DNA from: an uncultured delta proteobacterium
GTDB taxonomy: Bacteria; Desulfobacterota; BSN033; UBA1163
Assembly (NCBI GenBank): GCA_963708295.1
Contig: CAVPSJ010000017.1
Coordinates: 288,001 to 352,000 of the forward strand
Reading direction: 5' to 3'
DNA length: 64,000 nucleotides
A program made the position numbers and the translations under genes. Below, in pieces: positions 9,041 to 20,542 of this stretch. Below the pieces are notes generated by a model, which saw nothing but the letters and a program-made list of their open reading frames with translations, searched no databases and was not told the DNA's origin. Within the stretch, counting starts at the first letter, position 1. Every line of letters starts with the position of its first letter.

Positions 9041-9985
9041 TTATCGAAACCCATAATAGTTGGCAACCTGCTCGGCAATTCGACCGATGGCGTCCTCAAG
9101 GTAGGGACCGATGCCGTAGTGATGGGCCGTAAAGATCGAGAGCACGACGTGAGACTTCTCACTTTCAAACAGTCCCACATCATTGGCGATAAAGGGCAAG
9201 AAATCGCCCGTCTTATGGGGCACGACATAGCCCGTCACATACTTGGGAATACGGGTTCCATAAATCTGCCCACGCATGATGGTCAGCATCTGCTCGCTTG
9301 CCTTCCGACTCACAGCTTTTCCACGGGAGATTTTCTCGAGCAGTTTTCCCGCGTCCCGTGCGGAGGAGAGCCCGAATGGCGTCTTTCCCTCAGCATGAAA
9401 AGCAGCCGCATTCGGGGCGGCCTGCAACGCAGTGAACCAGGCCTCGGTAGTCCCGGTGGCTCGAATCGTTTTCAGGCCATAGCTCTGCATTAATTTGTTC
9501 ACGGGTTCAATGCCGCCGACCTTTTCAAAAAGAATATCGGTCGCGGAGTTGTCACTGAGGATGTTCATCAGGACGATCAGATCTTTGATCGTCAAAGTGC
9601 CGCCGTCGGCGAGGGTCCGGATAATCCCGGTTCCGGGTCGTTTGTCTTGGGCTTGGATCGTGTAGCGATCGTCTAAGGAGAAGCGGCTTGCTTCGATCTG
9701 ACGGAAGACTTCAACCATGAGGGGAAGCTTGATCACACTCATCGTGTCCATCGTTTCATCCGCGTTGATGGCGATTTCCTCATCGGTTTCCAGGCATTTG
9801 ATGTAAATCCCCCACTGGGCATCCACACTCTTGCTGATCCGTTCGATGTTCGAGCGCAGACGCTGTAGAGGTGTCTGGGGTGGTGACTGTTGGGCGTCGA
9901 GGGGCTTGCTCAGGGAAAAAAGCAAGAAGACACAGAAAGCGAGTCCAACGCGGTGAACCCTTGCCGAACCCGAGCGGATCATCAT
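9041..9985 (-). CDS. Secreted serine hydrolase, class A beta-lactamase-like fold
   Basis: SVIK (SxxK), SDN and HKTG motifs; signal peptide; no clear omega-loop E166 motif, so activity is uncertain. Confidence 0.85.
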   Translation of the reverse strand: MMIRSGSARVHRVGLAFCVFLLFSLSKPLDAQQSPPQTPLQRLRSNIERISKSVDAQWGIYIKCLETDEEIAINADETMDTMSVIKLPLMVEVFRQIEASRFSLDDRYTIQAQDKRPGTGIIRTLADGGTLTIKDLIVLMNILSDNSATDILFEKVGGIEPVNKLMQSYGLKTIRATGTTEAWFTALQAAPNAAAFHAEGKTPFGLSSARDAGKLLEKISRGKAVSRKASEQMLTIMRGQIYGTRIPKYVTGYVVPHKTGDFLPFIANDVGLFESEKSHVVLSIFTAHHYGIGPYLEDAIGRIAEQVANYYGFR

Positions 9986-10017
9986 GAAGTGGTGCTCCTT
10001 ACATGGATCTGGGGACC

Positions 10018-10226
10018 TGGGGCCAAATTTTTATTCTTGGCTTTGCCTATATTTCACGAACATTTCCTTCTGACCCCAGGCTTTTTCCCTGAAAACGAAG
10101 AAATATCTACGCCGCCACGCTTCCGGATTCCTGATGGGGAATATATCTATTTTATGAACATTGGTCAACCGAAACTTTCAGAGAGAGGCTCACATCAGTG
10201 GGCTGCTTGGAACACCTACCGATCCT
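10018..10226. repeat. Intergenic element copy R5 (full)
   Basis: TGGGGCCAAATTTTTATTCTTGGCTTTGCCTATATTTCACGAAC...TTCTGACCCCAGG...AATATATCTATTTTATGAACATTGGTCAACCGAAACTTTCAG. Confidence 0.9.
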
Positions 10227-10273
10227 TGATATCGGCTAATATCGGCTATTGAAGATTATAGTTTGAAATGTGG

Positions 10274-10308
10274 AAATAAAAAGGCAGGCTCAAATTGGGC
10301 CTGCCTTG
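10274..10308 (-). terminator. Terminator-like hairpin (family member also at 24527-24563)
   Basis: AAATAAAAAGGCAGG-N11-CCTGCCTT; U-rich tail on the minus strand downstream of the CocE gene. Confidence 0.6.
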
Positions 10309-10418
10309 GATGTCTGATTGACAGGATTAATTATATCTACTGCCTTTCTGAATTGCCATAATCTTACTTCAATTTAAATTCGAGGTAGCTTACCTCTGCC
10401 TATTGGCATGTCCAACCG

Positions 10419-12275
10419 CTACTTCGGAATTACAGGTACCTGCAGATAGGAGTCGTACTTGCCACCGGTGTAGATGATGTGCTCGCCCTTGTTGATCAGC
10501 CAGTCGTAGTAGAGCAACGGGTGATCCGCCACCGGGCAGTGGCCCTGGACGTACAGGCGCAGGCTCTCTCCCTTGCGGAACAGGGTGCTCGAAGGAAGAA
10601 TGGCGATCTCTACCGGCACGATTTCACCCGGCTTCAGCTTTTTCTCGCCCTGGACCTTCGGGACCGGCTGCCAGGGGGTGGACAACTTCTCGTCCAGCTC
10701 CCTCTGGGAGACCCTCATCTGGCCTCTGGCAACCATATCAGAGTGATGGCCGTTCATGCCGCGGAACTGGATTTCGTTGCCCTTCGCTATACGTTCCTTC
10801 CCGACTACCTCCTCGAGGGACCTGCAGGTCGGAGTGTCCGCATCACAGGGACCTGCGAACTTTTTGACCGCCACGAAGAGGTCCATGTCATCGGCATCCT
10901 TGGCCGATACCCACAGCTTGACCTTGATGTAGCCCGTTAGCTCGGTGTCCTCGTCAAACGTGATGCCAAAGGACGCATCGCCGCCCTGCGTTGAGTTGTA
11001 CACTGCCTTTGCGTCCTTTCCGGGTTTCGGAGTCAGGGAACCGTTTCGGGCATTCAGGTAGAGCTTCTTGTATTGCGTGCGGGCCAGGGGGAAATCGTTC
11101 TCAAGACGAACTTGATACTCATCCCGGGTCTCGCGGATCTCCATCCGGACCCGTGGTGTATCCTTCCATCCGTTTTCTATGCCTTTAAGATAATGATCGA
11201 AGAACTTCTTCTGGTACTCAAGACCATCCTCACTATAAAACCGATCCCATTTGCTGCCGCCGTGAGTATAAAGCCACTTTTCCTTGGAGGCGATCCTCCG
11301 AAAGACCTCGAAGGTGCCCCGGGTGTGAAGACCCTTATCCGACCAGCTGGCACAGATCAAGGCAGGAACGGTGATGAGATCGAGCCTCGGATTTCCCTGC
11401 ATCATCTTCTGATTTACAACGGGGTCCATCGCGGCGGCCCAGGCCTTTGCGGCCTGATCAGGAGGCATCTTCTCCACGGATTCCTTGAAAGGGCCGAGAC
11501 TTTGCGAGAAGTTTGTTTCAGGAATTCCCCCCCAAAACAAGATATCCCTGTAACGGTCTGATGCGCCTTCCCAAGGAATGATCGCCTTGAGGTGAGGCGG
11601 CGGTGGCTGATGGCTGGCCGCGTAATATTGGTTGGTGGCCAGCGCGGACACACCCACCATACCCACGTTGCCGTTGCTCCATTCCTGGACGGCGGCCCAT
11701 TCGATCAGGTGAAATAAGTCATCCCCGCCCTGGACAGGACTCGGCGGCTTTCCCTCAGACTTAAAGCCGCCCCTTTGATCGACGATTATGACCACGTAGT
11801 CGTTCGGTACCCAGAAGGCAGGATCAGGACCTTCCCAAGGCGTGAGCATGGATATTTTCATGTGGCCGAGATCAGCGCCATGCGCATGAACCCTGTACAT
11901 AAAAGGGGTATATGCGTTTGGAAGAGGGGAGCCATCAGGTTTATAACTGGGAGGAGTTTGATCCTTCCCGTAAGGTGTCATGGACAGGATGACGGGAAAC
12001 TTTCCGGATTTGTCGGGACGAAAGACGTTGCACGCCAACTTGACGCCGTCCGGCATGGTCACCATTACGTCTTTTTCGATCCGCAATCCGTCAGGGGTAG
12101 GGATGATTTGATAAGGAAGGAATCCGTCGGGGCTAGGGCGCGTTTCATAGGGATTACTGGTAGGGTGGTCAATGGCCGAGGAAACTGCTGACACGAACAC
12201 GAGGCAAGCAACAATCAGCATGGTAAGGGGAAATATCCTGGATTTCCTCCGGTTAGAATAAACGTTTTTGCTCAT
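10419..12275 (-). CDS. CocE/NonD family hydrolase (secreted)
   Basis: MPDGVKLA, TPYGK, DQRG, WSNGNVGMVGVS nucleophile elbow, SWSDKGLH, C-terminal PepX-like domain. Confidence 0.9.
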   Translation of the reverse strand: MSKNVYSNRRKSRIFPLTMLIVACLVFVSAVSSAIDHPTSNPYETRPSPDGFLPYQIIPTPDGLRIEKDVMVTMPDGVKLACNVFRPDKSGKFPVILSMTPYGKDQTPPSYKPDGSPLPNAYTPFMYRVHAHGADLGHMKISMLTPWEGPDPAFWVPNDYVVIIVDQRGGFKSEGKPPSPVQGGDDLFHLIEWAAVQEWSNGNVGMVGVSALATNQYYAASHQPPPPHLKAIIPWEGASDRYRDILFWGGIPETNFSQSLGPFKESVEKMPPDQAAKAWAAAMDPVVNQKMMQGNPRLDLITVPALICASWSDKGLHTRGTFEVFRRIASKEKWLYTHGGSKWDRFYSEDGLEYQKKFFDHYLKGIENGWKDTPRVRMEIRETRDEYQVRLENDFPLARTQYKKLYLNARNGSLTPKPGKDAKAVYNSTQGGDASFGITFDEDTELTGYIKVKLWVSAKDADDMDLFVAVKKFAGPCDADTPTCRSLEEVVGKERIAKGNEIQFRGMNGHHSDMVARGQMRVSQRELDEKLSTPWQPVPKVQGEKKLKPGEIVPVEIAILPSSTLFRKGESLRLYVQGHCPVADHPLLYYDWLINKGEHIIYTGGKYDSYLQVPVIPK

Positions 12276-12339
12276 TTAAATACCTCCTTTTTGATAAGAT
12301 TTGATAAGAATTCCCTTCAGGGGGAGCATTCTGTGTATA

Positions 12340-12550
12340 TGGGGTCGGATCTTTATCGTTTGCTTTGAGTATATTTAACGAAGGTTTCCTTCTGACCTCA
12401 GGCTTTTCCCTCGAGAATGAAGAAATATTTACACCGCCACCCTGTTGATTGCTGATTGAAATATATCTATTTTATGAACATTGGTCAATCGAAACTTTCA
12501 GAAACGAAGTGTCCAAGAAGTGGGCGGTTTGTGGCACCTGCAAGTCCTTA
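12340..12550. repeat. Intergenic element copy R6 (full)
   Basis: TGGGGTCGGATCTTTATC...TTCTGACCTCAGG...AATATATCTATTTTATGAACATTGGTCAATCGAAACTTTCAG...AAGAAGTGGGC...CAAGTCCT. Confidence 0.9.
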
Positions 12551-12750
12551 TCTTTAGATCGAACACAAAACTGAGGGTTATTGGTTAAAATCTTGAATAG
12601 AGGATTGGCGAGTTATCAGCCCATAGGAGAATGGATTAGGCAATGGGGGCCTGGATAGAAGTGAGGGGGGTTGGGACATGCGATGTCATGGCCGCAAGCC
12701 AATCGAGAGCATCACTCTCTCGTCGTTTCAAAGGCATTTACTCGCATCGC

Positions 12751-13437
12751 TCAGCTAATGAGCACTGCAAGGATCTTCGCAGGCTTACCTCCGTGAGCTT
12801 TCACCAAATGCATGCTCGTTGAATCGTAGTAGACAGAGTCTCCGGGTTTCAGGATGTCTCTGGTGTCCTCTATGACGACTTCCATTTCGCCATCCAGGAC
12901 GTAGATGAACTCCTGCCCGTCGTGCGAAGAAGGCTCATCGGCTCCGGAGGAATGGAGCGTAACAATGAATGGCTCCATCGCCCGATCTTTCTTTCCGGCA
13001 GCCAGGGATTCGTATTCGTATCCGCAGCTGGCCTCCCTGGCTTTTCCGAATCGAGAAAAACTCAGACGCTGATCCGATCTCACGATGGTAAACGACTCTT
13101 TGCCTGTAGATATGACATCCGCCATCCGAAGAGAAAGGGCCTTGCTGAGTTTAATTAGCTGCCCCAGAGGCAGCATGAACTCACCGACTTCAACTCGGGC
13201 CAGCGCGTCTCGCGAAATGCCGGTTCTTGCGGCCAACTCGTCAAGGGAAAACCCGCGCTTTTCCCGGGCTGCGCGGAGCATATCCCCGTGGCTCACCGCC
13301 TTTTCGCGTTCCGCTTTTTCGCTGGCCTTTGCGATAGCGGCAGGGTCAGTGAGAAAGTCGGGTCCCTTGTCTTCGCCGCAGTCTGACGCTGTCTCTTGAA
13401 ACTCTTCGTAAGACATCGCGTTTTTTTTCTCATCCAT
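12751..13437 (-). CDS. XRE-family HTH transcriptional regulator with cupin domain
   Basis: LRAAREKRGFSLDELA HTH; MEPFIV, HDGQEFIYVL, GDSVYYDS..H cupin motifs. Confidence 0.9.
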   Translation of the reverse strand: MDEKKNAMSYEEFQETASDCGEDKGPDFLTDPAAIAKASEKAEREKAVSHGDMLRAAREKRGFSLDELAARTGISRDALARVEVGEFMLPLGQLIKLSKALSLRMADVISTGKESFTIVRSDQRLSFSRFGKAREASCGYEYESLAAGKKDRAMEPFIVTLHSSGADEPSSHDGQEFIYVLDGEMEVVIEDTRDILKPGDSVYYDSTSMHLVKAHGGKPAKILAVLIS

Positions 13438-13514
13438 GTTTGATCCTTTCAGCCGCTGTGTATGGCACGCTGTCTCCTGGCGCAGTCCTACATGGATCTG
13501 CCGGCAAATGGCTC

Positions 13515-13713
13515 TGGGGTCGAATCGTTATCCTTGACTTTGCCTATATTTCGAAAAAGTTTCCTTCAGGTTTTTTCCTCGAGAATGAAGAAATGTTTAC
13601 ACCGCCACCCTGTTGATTCCTGATTGGAATATATCTATTTTATGAAAATTGGTCAACCGAAACTTTCGGAAAGAGAGACTCAAGGAAGTGGGCTGTTTGT
13701 TACACTCCACAAG
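13515..13713. repeat. Intergenic element copy R7 (small internal deletion removes TGACCCC)
   Basis: TGGGGTCGAATCGTTATCCTTGACTTTGCCTATATTTC...GATTGGAATATATCTATTTTATGAAAATTGGTCAACCGAAACTTTC...GAAGTGGGCTGTTTGTTAC. Confidence 0.9.
13628..13656 (-). promoter_or_regulatory. Sigma70-type promoter inside the element (representative; same motif in 10 copies)
   Basis: Minus strand TTGACC-AATTTTCATAAAATAGA(17)-TATATT. Confidence 0.75.
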
Positions 13714-14055
13714 GAGTGGGGATCGGTCTGCACTAAGGGTTGATGATTTCATTAGAAATCTGGAATAGCGATGTGGATTCCCAACTTGTTAACTTCAGCA
13801 AGAAGTCACCAAGACGCCTGACAGTCCGTAGGGTTGAACATAAGTCTTTCCAGAATAATCCCGAGACAGGGTCATTCTACGGCTCGTTCCTGGACTTCTC
13901 CGGTTTCGCGGAATAGTTCGTCCCGCTCACAATAATCAACTTGGCTCAATAGATTCCCAACCTTTACGGAGATCAGGGGGTGATACCCTAATTATAAAGT
14001 TCTCCCAAACTCCTAGACCTGACACTAGACCCACTACCGAGGTGAAGCCAAGTCC

Positions 14056-14559
14056 TTATGCCTCCCGCATCTTCATCTTCCAGGTAAACGTAAAACGGGC
14101 AACCTCCTCTCCCGCCTTTGAATATCCAACCGTTTTGCACAATACCTCCTGAGGTTCGCCCGTGTTTATCGCCTTTCTTACCGTTTCGGCTATGCGCTTT
14201 CCGTCATTACAGACAAACGTCGTAAGACCCCTGGCTTTGGCGACGAACTCTGCGGAACAATCACCCACAATGATGGAAACAGAAGGGTGGAGCTGATAGG
14301 TGTACATCTTAACCAATGCGCCGGTGCTCATCTCCGCCGCCATACCCAATACGGCCCAGAACGTCGACTTAAAAGGGTTTTTGTTGAGCCATCTATATGG
14401 AACGGAGACTTTACACGATTCTTCACTTAGTTCTCTGAGTCTCATTCCTATCATGAAGTTTATAGGTACCTGGAAAAGCAGCACGATCTTGAAGAGCACG
14501 CGGTTGTTCAAGATCCGCCGAACAAACTTTAATTTCTTCTCATCAAATTGAAAATCCAT
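14056..14559 (-). CDS. DUF4442 / hotdog-fold thioesterase-like protein
   Basis: VPYRWLNKNPFKSTFWA...AAEMSTG; start moved to MDFQF (RBS AAGGAAGGG) because the ORF-track start lies inside repeat R8. Confidence 0.8.
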   Translation of the reverse strand: MDFQFDEKKLKFVRRILNNRVLFKIVLLFQVPINFMIGMRLRELSEESCKVSVPYRWLNKNPFKSTFWAVLGMAAEMSTGALVKMYTYQLHPSVSIIVGDCSAEFVAKARGLTTFVCNDGKRIAETVRKAINTGEPQEVLCKTVGYSKAGEEVARFTFTWKMKMREA

Positions 14560-14594
14560 GCCCTTCCTTGCATAGGTTCTTGTATCGGGGGTTC

Positions 14595-14820
14595 TGGGGG
14601 TCAAACTCTTATCCTTGGCCGGAATGTGCCCCGTCCCGCCAAAGCGGGGTCGAGGGGCACAATATGAAAGAAACTTCCTCTCCGGGAAGCCCCGCCCTGT
14701 GGGCGGGGAGCTTCACTTTGCCTATATTTCACGAAAGTGTCCTTCCGATCCCAGGCTTTTTTGCCTGAAAACGAAAAAATATCTGCGCCACCCCCCTGCG
14801 GATTCCTGATTGGAATATAC
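14595..14820. repeat. Intergenic element copy R8 (interrupted by a 97-bp insertion; lacks -35 and right arm)
   Basis: TGGGGGTCAAACTCTTATCCTTGGC[insert]TTTGCCTATATTTCACGAAAGT...GATTGGAATATAC. Confidence 0.85.
14620..14716 (+). mobile_element. Non-autonomous IS200/IS605-type miniature element
   Basis: Left hairpin TGTGCCCC...GGGGCACA; right end GAAGCCCCGCCC-TGT-GGGCGGGGAGCTTCAC typical of IS605-family right ends; precise insertion with no target duplication relative to the other copies. Confidence 0.7.
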
Positions 14821-15320
14821 ACTTCGAACAGGCGAAACAGGGGATTGAAGGGGCGATCGTGGTCGCCTCCCGTTTCGCAACTCTCTTTAGTTTTGTCTCA
14901 GACCATTTTACCGGAGGAGATTTTGGAACCAATCCCCTCGAATTGATCTTGTATCCCGGCAAGATGGAAGTTGCCTACTTTACAAGCTCTTCATTAAACA
15001 GAACGATGAAATTTGGGGTCTATCTTCCTCCCGGATACTCGAAAAGCAGAACAGATTATTATCCTGTCCTCTATCTCGTCTTAGGTTACAATATGTCCGT
15101 CGATGGCATGACCAATTCTTGGATGAAATCAGTTCTTGATGGTCTCATCCTAACCGATGAGATGCAGAAGGTGATTATTGTCATCCCGGATGGATTAAAT
15201 TACAAGAATCAAAGGGAGCAGTTCTTCGTCAACCAGATCGACCGAGAACGAGGGGACAAATTCAGAGGACTATTTCTTCGACCTGGTCACTTTTATCGAC
15301 ACCTACTACAAAACGAAATA
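14821..15320 (+). pseudogene. 5'-truncated putative esterase (alpha/beta hydrolase) fragment
   Basis: FGVYLPPGY...YPVLYL, IIVIPDG; begins abruptly at the R8 junction; removing one base near 15264 restores DKFEDYFFDLVTFIDTYYKTK*. Confidence 0.65.
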
Positions 15321-15595
15321 GACCTTAAATCGGGGCATCTACCTTCTCATTGAAGGGCCCTCGTTAAAGATGGCACTGGGGTCGAAGCTCTACGATGTCT
15401 TTTTTGGATACCCCACCGACAGTGCCAGGATGATCTTCTGATCGGGCCGCACTTTCATGACTTTTGAGAGAGCCGGAATGTCGATGAATGCCAGAACGAT
15501 AGTCGCCAATCCCTCTGAAACGCAGGAGAGGTACACATTCTCTGAGATGGATCCCGCAAGGGAACCCGAGCCCTGCTGCGTTGACGGGAAGAACC

Positions 15596-16120
15596 CTACT
15601 TGACGATCGCAGCGCCCGCCTTGGCCACCACTTCGTCCTGCGAACCGGTGCCGCCGGAGCAGCCGATGGCACCGATCATCTTGCCGCCTTCCACCAGCGG
15701 AATGCCGCCGCGCGAAGCGATGGCATCATCCAGCGTTGGGATGTAGTAGAAGTTGTTGAGCTGCATCCCGTTCTCGAAGATCTTGGTCTCGCGGCGGAAC
15801 TTGGCGGCGGCGCGGGCCTTGTGCTCGGCGATCGAAATCGAAGCAAGCTGGGCCCCGTCCATGCGCTTGAACGACACGAGGTTGGCTCCGGAGTCCACCA
15901 CGGCGCAGACCAGCTTCCAGTCGTGCTTCTTGGCCTCGGCCACGGCTGCAGCAAGCACCGCGTCAGCGCGCTCAAGCGAGATCGGCGCGCCGTACGGTAC
16001 ATCGAACGGCATCTTTTCCGGGACGGTATCAAGCGGATTGGGCTGTTGTGCGCGGGTCACGCCGGCAATAAGTAAAGTAGCGCAGAGTGATGCAATGATT
16101 AAAACGGATTTCAGCGACAT
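15596..16120 (-). CDS. GlcG/HbpS family heme-binding protein (secreted)
   Basis: AVVDSGANL...RMDGA...IAEHKA, GGIPL...IGAIGCSGG..QD; visibly more GC-rich than its neighbours. Confidence 0.9.
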   Translation of the reverse strand: MSLKSVLIIASLCATLLIAGVTRAQQPNPLDTVPEKMPFDVPYGAPISLERADAVLAAAVAEAKKHDWKLVCAVVDSGANLVSFKRMDGAQLASISIAEHKARAAAKFRRETKIFENGMQLNNFYYIPTLDDAIASRGGIPLVEGGKMIGAIGCSGGTGSQDEVVAKAGAAIVK

Positions 16121-16356
16121 GGTGAATTTCCTCCTTTCGTTGACTGCAAAATGAAGGTGAAACTGGAAATTGAAATTCCATCGGGCTTACGAATTCCGCT
16201 TGGCCACGCTCAGTCCTGCCATGGCGACCTATCCGCCCATGACAAGAACTCGCTTTTTTCATTTCTCAAATATTGTACATAGGGTGGATCTTCTTATCAA
16301 GACAATTCTCTTGTGAGGAAAACTTCACAGAATGCACAAGAAAAAACCTAGTGCTC

Positions 16357-16478
16357 TGGGGTCAAAGCTTTATCCTTGACTTACCTCTATTTCACGAAAG
16401 TTTCTTTGTGACCCAGGCTTTCTTTCTGAGGACAAAAAAATACCTTCACCGCCACCCTGCGGATTCCTGACTGAACAT
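16357..16478. repeat. Intergenic element copy R9 (left two-thirds, no promoter)
   Basis: TGGGGTCAAAGCTTTATCCTTGACTTACCTCTATTTCACGAAAGTTTC...GACCCAGGC...CCGCCACCCTGCGGATTCCTGA. Confidence 0.85.
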
Positions 16479-16499
16479 CACTTCATACATCCCGTTCAA

Positions 16500-17228
16500 T
16501 TAAAGATATTCGATCCCACCTCTCAACGGAGCCGACGGGGCAAGGAATTTGAACAGCCCCGATAATAAGAAGGGGTCACTTTGATTTCCGATATCATCCT
16601 TTGAAGTAATTCCGATATAGTAGGTGCCCGATTCTGTTGGAAACTGAGGCCACTCATCCGGGACGACCAACTCCGTCTTTCCAATGACCGGTTTTGAAAT
16701 TATCCCCGGTGTTCTCTCCCACGAAAAGCTGGCAGGTTCAAAAAAGGTTCTGTCGTTGCTAACATACACTACGTAGCTGCTTGCTCCGGGAACGGGTTCC
16801 CACCAAATTTTTCGTTTAAGAATCAATGGCGCAATTTTCTCTCCCCTCGTCCACGGATATGCTTCTGTTGAATCATTCGCATGAAACCCTTTTTCTAATA
16901 AAATTGGTTTGACCGATGCGGCGATCTCTCCGGTTGCGATTGAACCTTTTGAAAGGAGATCGTCGGCTTGGCCTTGGGTTGCTACCTCTTGAGTTTCTTT
17001 TAAATCACAAACCCCCCTGTCCTGATCCTTCGAATTTTGTTTGCTTCTCAACCGCTCCTCAATCCGTCGCCAAACATCTTCCCCGTTGTTGCCCGGATTG
17101 TTTCGAAAGAAATCATCCCACGCCAGGATCATTTCCTCTCTCATTTGTTGCTTTACATACAAAAATGCAGCCTCTCGTTTCAATGAGGCGTTCTCCATGT
17201 CTATTCCCACTTTTGCTTTATGGTCCAT
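16500..17228 (-). CDS. Hypothetical protein with C-terminal fibronectin type III-like domain
   Basis: WEPVPGASSYVVY...YYIGITSKDDIGNQSD pattern. Confidence 0.65.
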   Translation of the reverse strand: MDHKAKVGIDMENASLKREAAFLYVKQQMREEMILAWDDFFRNNPGNNGEDVWRRIEERLRSKQNSKDQDRGVCDLKETQEVATQGQADDLLSKGSIATGEIAASVKPILLEKGFHANDSTEAYPWTRGEKIAPLILKRKIWWEPVPGASSYVVYVSNDRTFFEPASFSWERTPGIISKPVIGKTELVVPDEWPQFPTESGTYYIGITSKDDIGNQSDPFLLSGLFKFLAPSAPLRGGIEYL

Positions 17229-17475
17229 CGAAGAACTCTCCGATATACAAGTTAACGATCAATGAATAATCATGACGTACTGTTGGGAGATTTCCAAACA
17301 AACTTCAGCAGCGGAAAACCTTCAAGCCGGACAGGAATTTGAAATCGCGACAGGAACTAAAATCTGAAGAAGAATTCTACGCCACGGAGAGAATCTTAAA
17401 GGTCTTTCTCCGTCCGCCGCCTCCTCGTTTTCCTCTTTTTTGAAGGATCATTGACCTTTTATCTTCCAACATTAC

Positions 17476-17946
17476 CTAGGGTCGGCAAGACTCTGGCCTA
17501 ATCAGGAGCACAGGGATATGGGATTGATGGAGAACACCGAATGCCACGCTGCCCAACATCAGCTTTTTCAGTCCGGTATAACCGTGGGTCCCGATGATGA
17601 TCATATCCATACCTTTTTTCTGAGCGTACTCAGTGATCGTATCGGCAGGGCGGTTACCCTCCAGCGACTCCGTTTTTACCTTCATCCCCTCGGATCTGAG
17701 CCGGGATTCAATATCCGCAAGATACTTCCTTGATGCAATGAAGAGCGGTTTCCTGATCGCTTCGAGATCAATGCCTCTGGTGGGAATGTCATCGGACCCC
17801 ATTCTGGCCCATGGCAGATCAACTTTGACTACATTGAGAAGGGTTATTTCTCCCACGGAACCATCTTTAGAAAGGTTCTTGACATGAGACAACGTACACT
17901 CGGCTAACGGTGAACCATCCAGTGGAACTAAGACTTTTCCATACAT
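17476..17946 (-). CDS. Universal stress protein (UspA family)
   Basis: KVLVPLDGS, IIGTHGYTG...LGSVA, PVLLIR; RBS AAGGAGG. Confidence 0.95.
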   Translation of the reverse strand: MYGKVLVPLDGSPLAECTLSHVKNLSKDGSVGEITLLNVVKVDLPWARMGSDDIPTRGIDLEAIRKPLFIASRKYLADIESRLRSEGMKVKTESLEGNRPADTITEYAQKKGMDMIIIGTHGYTGLKKLMLGSVAFGVLHQSHIPVLLIRPESCRP

Positions 17947-18082
17947 ATCTCTACCTCCTTTTCAAAATTTTCACTTGTTTTTGCTTCTGTACTAAAAGGG
18001 ATATAACAATGACTGAATATGATGTGCATATTTACCAAAAATAGTCAATCGAGAAGTTCAGGAACCAATAGGGTAGGTGGTT

Positions 18083-18294
18083 CTGGGATCGAATCATTAT
18101 CCTTGACTTCGTCTATGTTTCACGAACGTGTCCTTCTGACCCCAGGTTTTTTTCTCTGAAAACGAAAAAATATCTACGCAGCCACCCTGTGGATCCCTGA
18201 ATCGAATATATCTATTTTATGAAAGTCGGTCAACCGAAACTTTCAGAAAGAACACGCTAAGAAAGGGGGCTGTTTGTTAACGCCTACAAGTCTT
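18083..18294. repeat. Intergenic element copy R10 (full)
   Basis: CTGGGATCGAATCATTATCCTTGAC...TTCTGACCCCAGG...GAATATATCTATTTTATGAAAGTCGGTCAACCGAAACTTTCAGAAAG...CTGTTTGTTAACGCCTACAAGTC. Confidence 0.9.
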
Positions 18295-18392
18295 TGCTCA
18301 AGGTCCGAAGATGACGAGCTGAAAGTGAGGATAGGGTCCGGGTTGAGTGGACGCAAACCCGCAATTCAATTCTTGAAACGGTGTCCGGCGGG

Positions 18393-20346
<1,954 letters not shown>

Positions 20347-20542
20347 ACACCTTATCCTTTCCGACAGATTTTGCCTTGAACGCCATAGCATAGCCGCACT
20401 GTTTATTTGTCATTCATAATATAACTTTTATTTTAAAACTAGGGAAGTGAATGTTTCAAGGAAGGAGTGCTCAGGCAAGGGGTTGCGGACTTTTGGGCAA
20501 TCCGCCCCATCGGAATCAAGTATTCCGGGATGGACTTTGGGG

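Noticed and set aside
9041-9985. True class A beta-lactamase resistance gene
   Set aside because: SxxK, SDN and KTG are present, but there is no recognisable E166 omega-loop motif; kept as a serine hydrolase.
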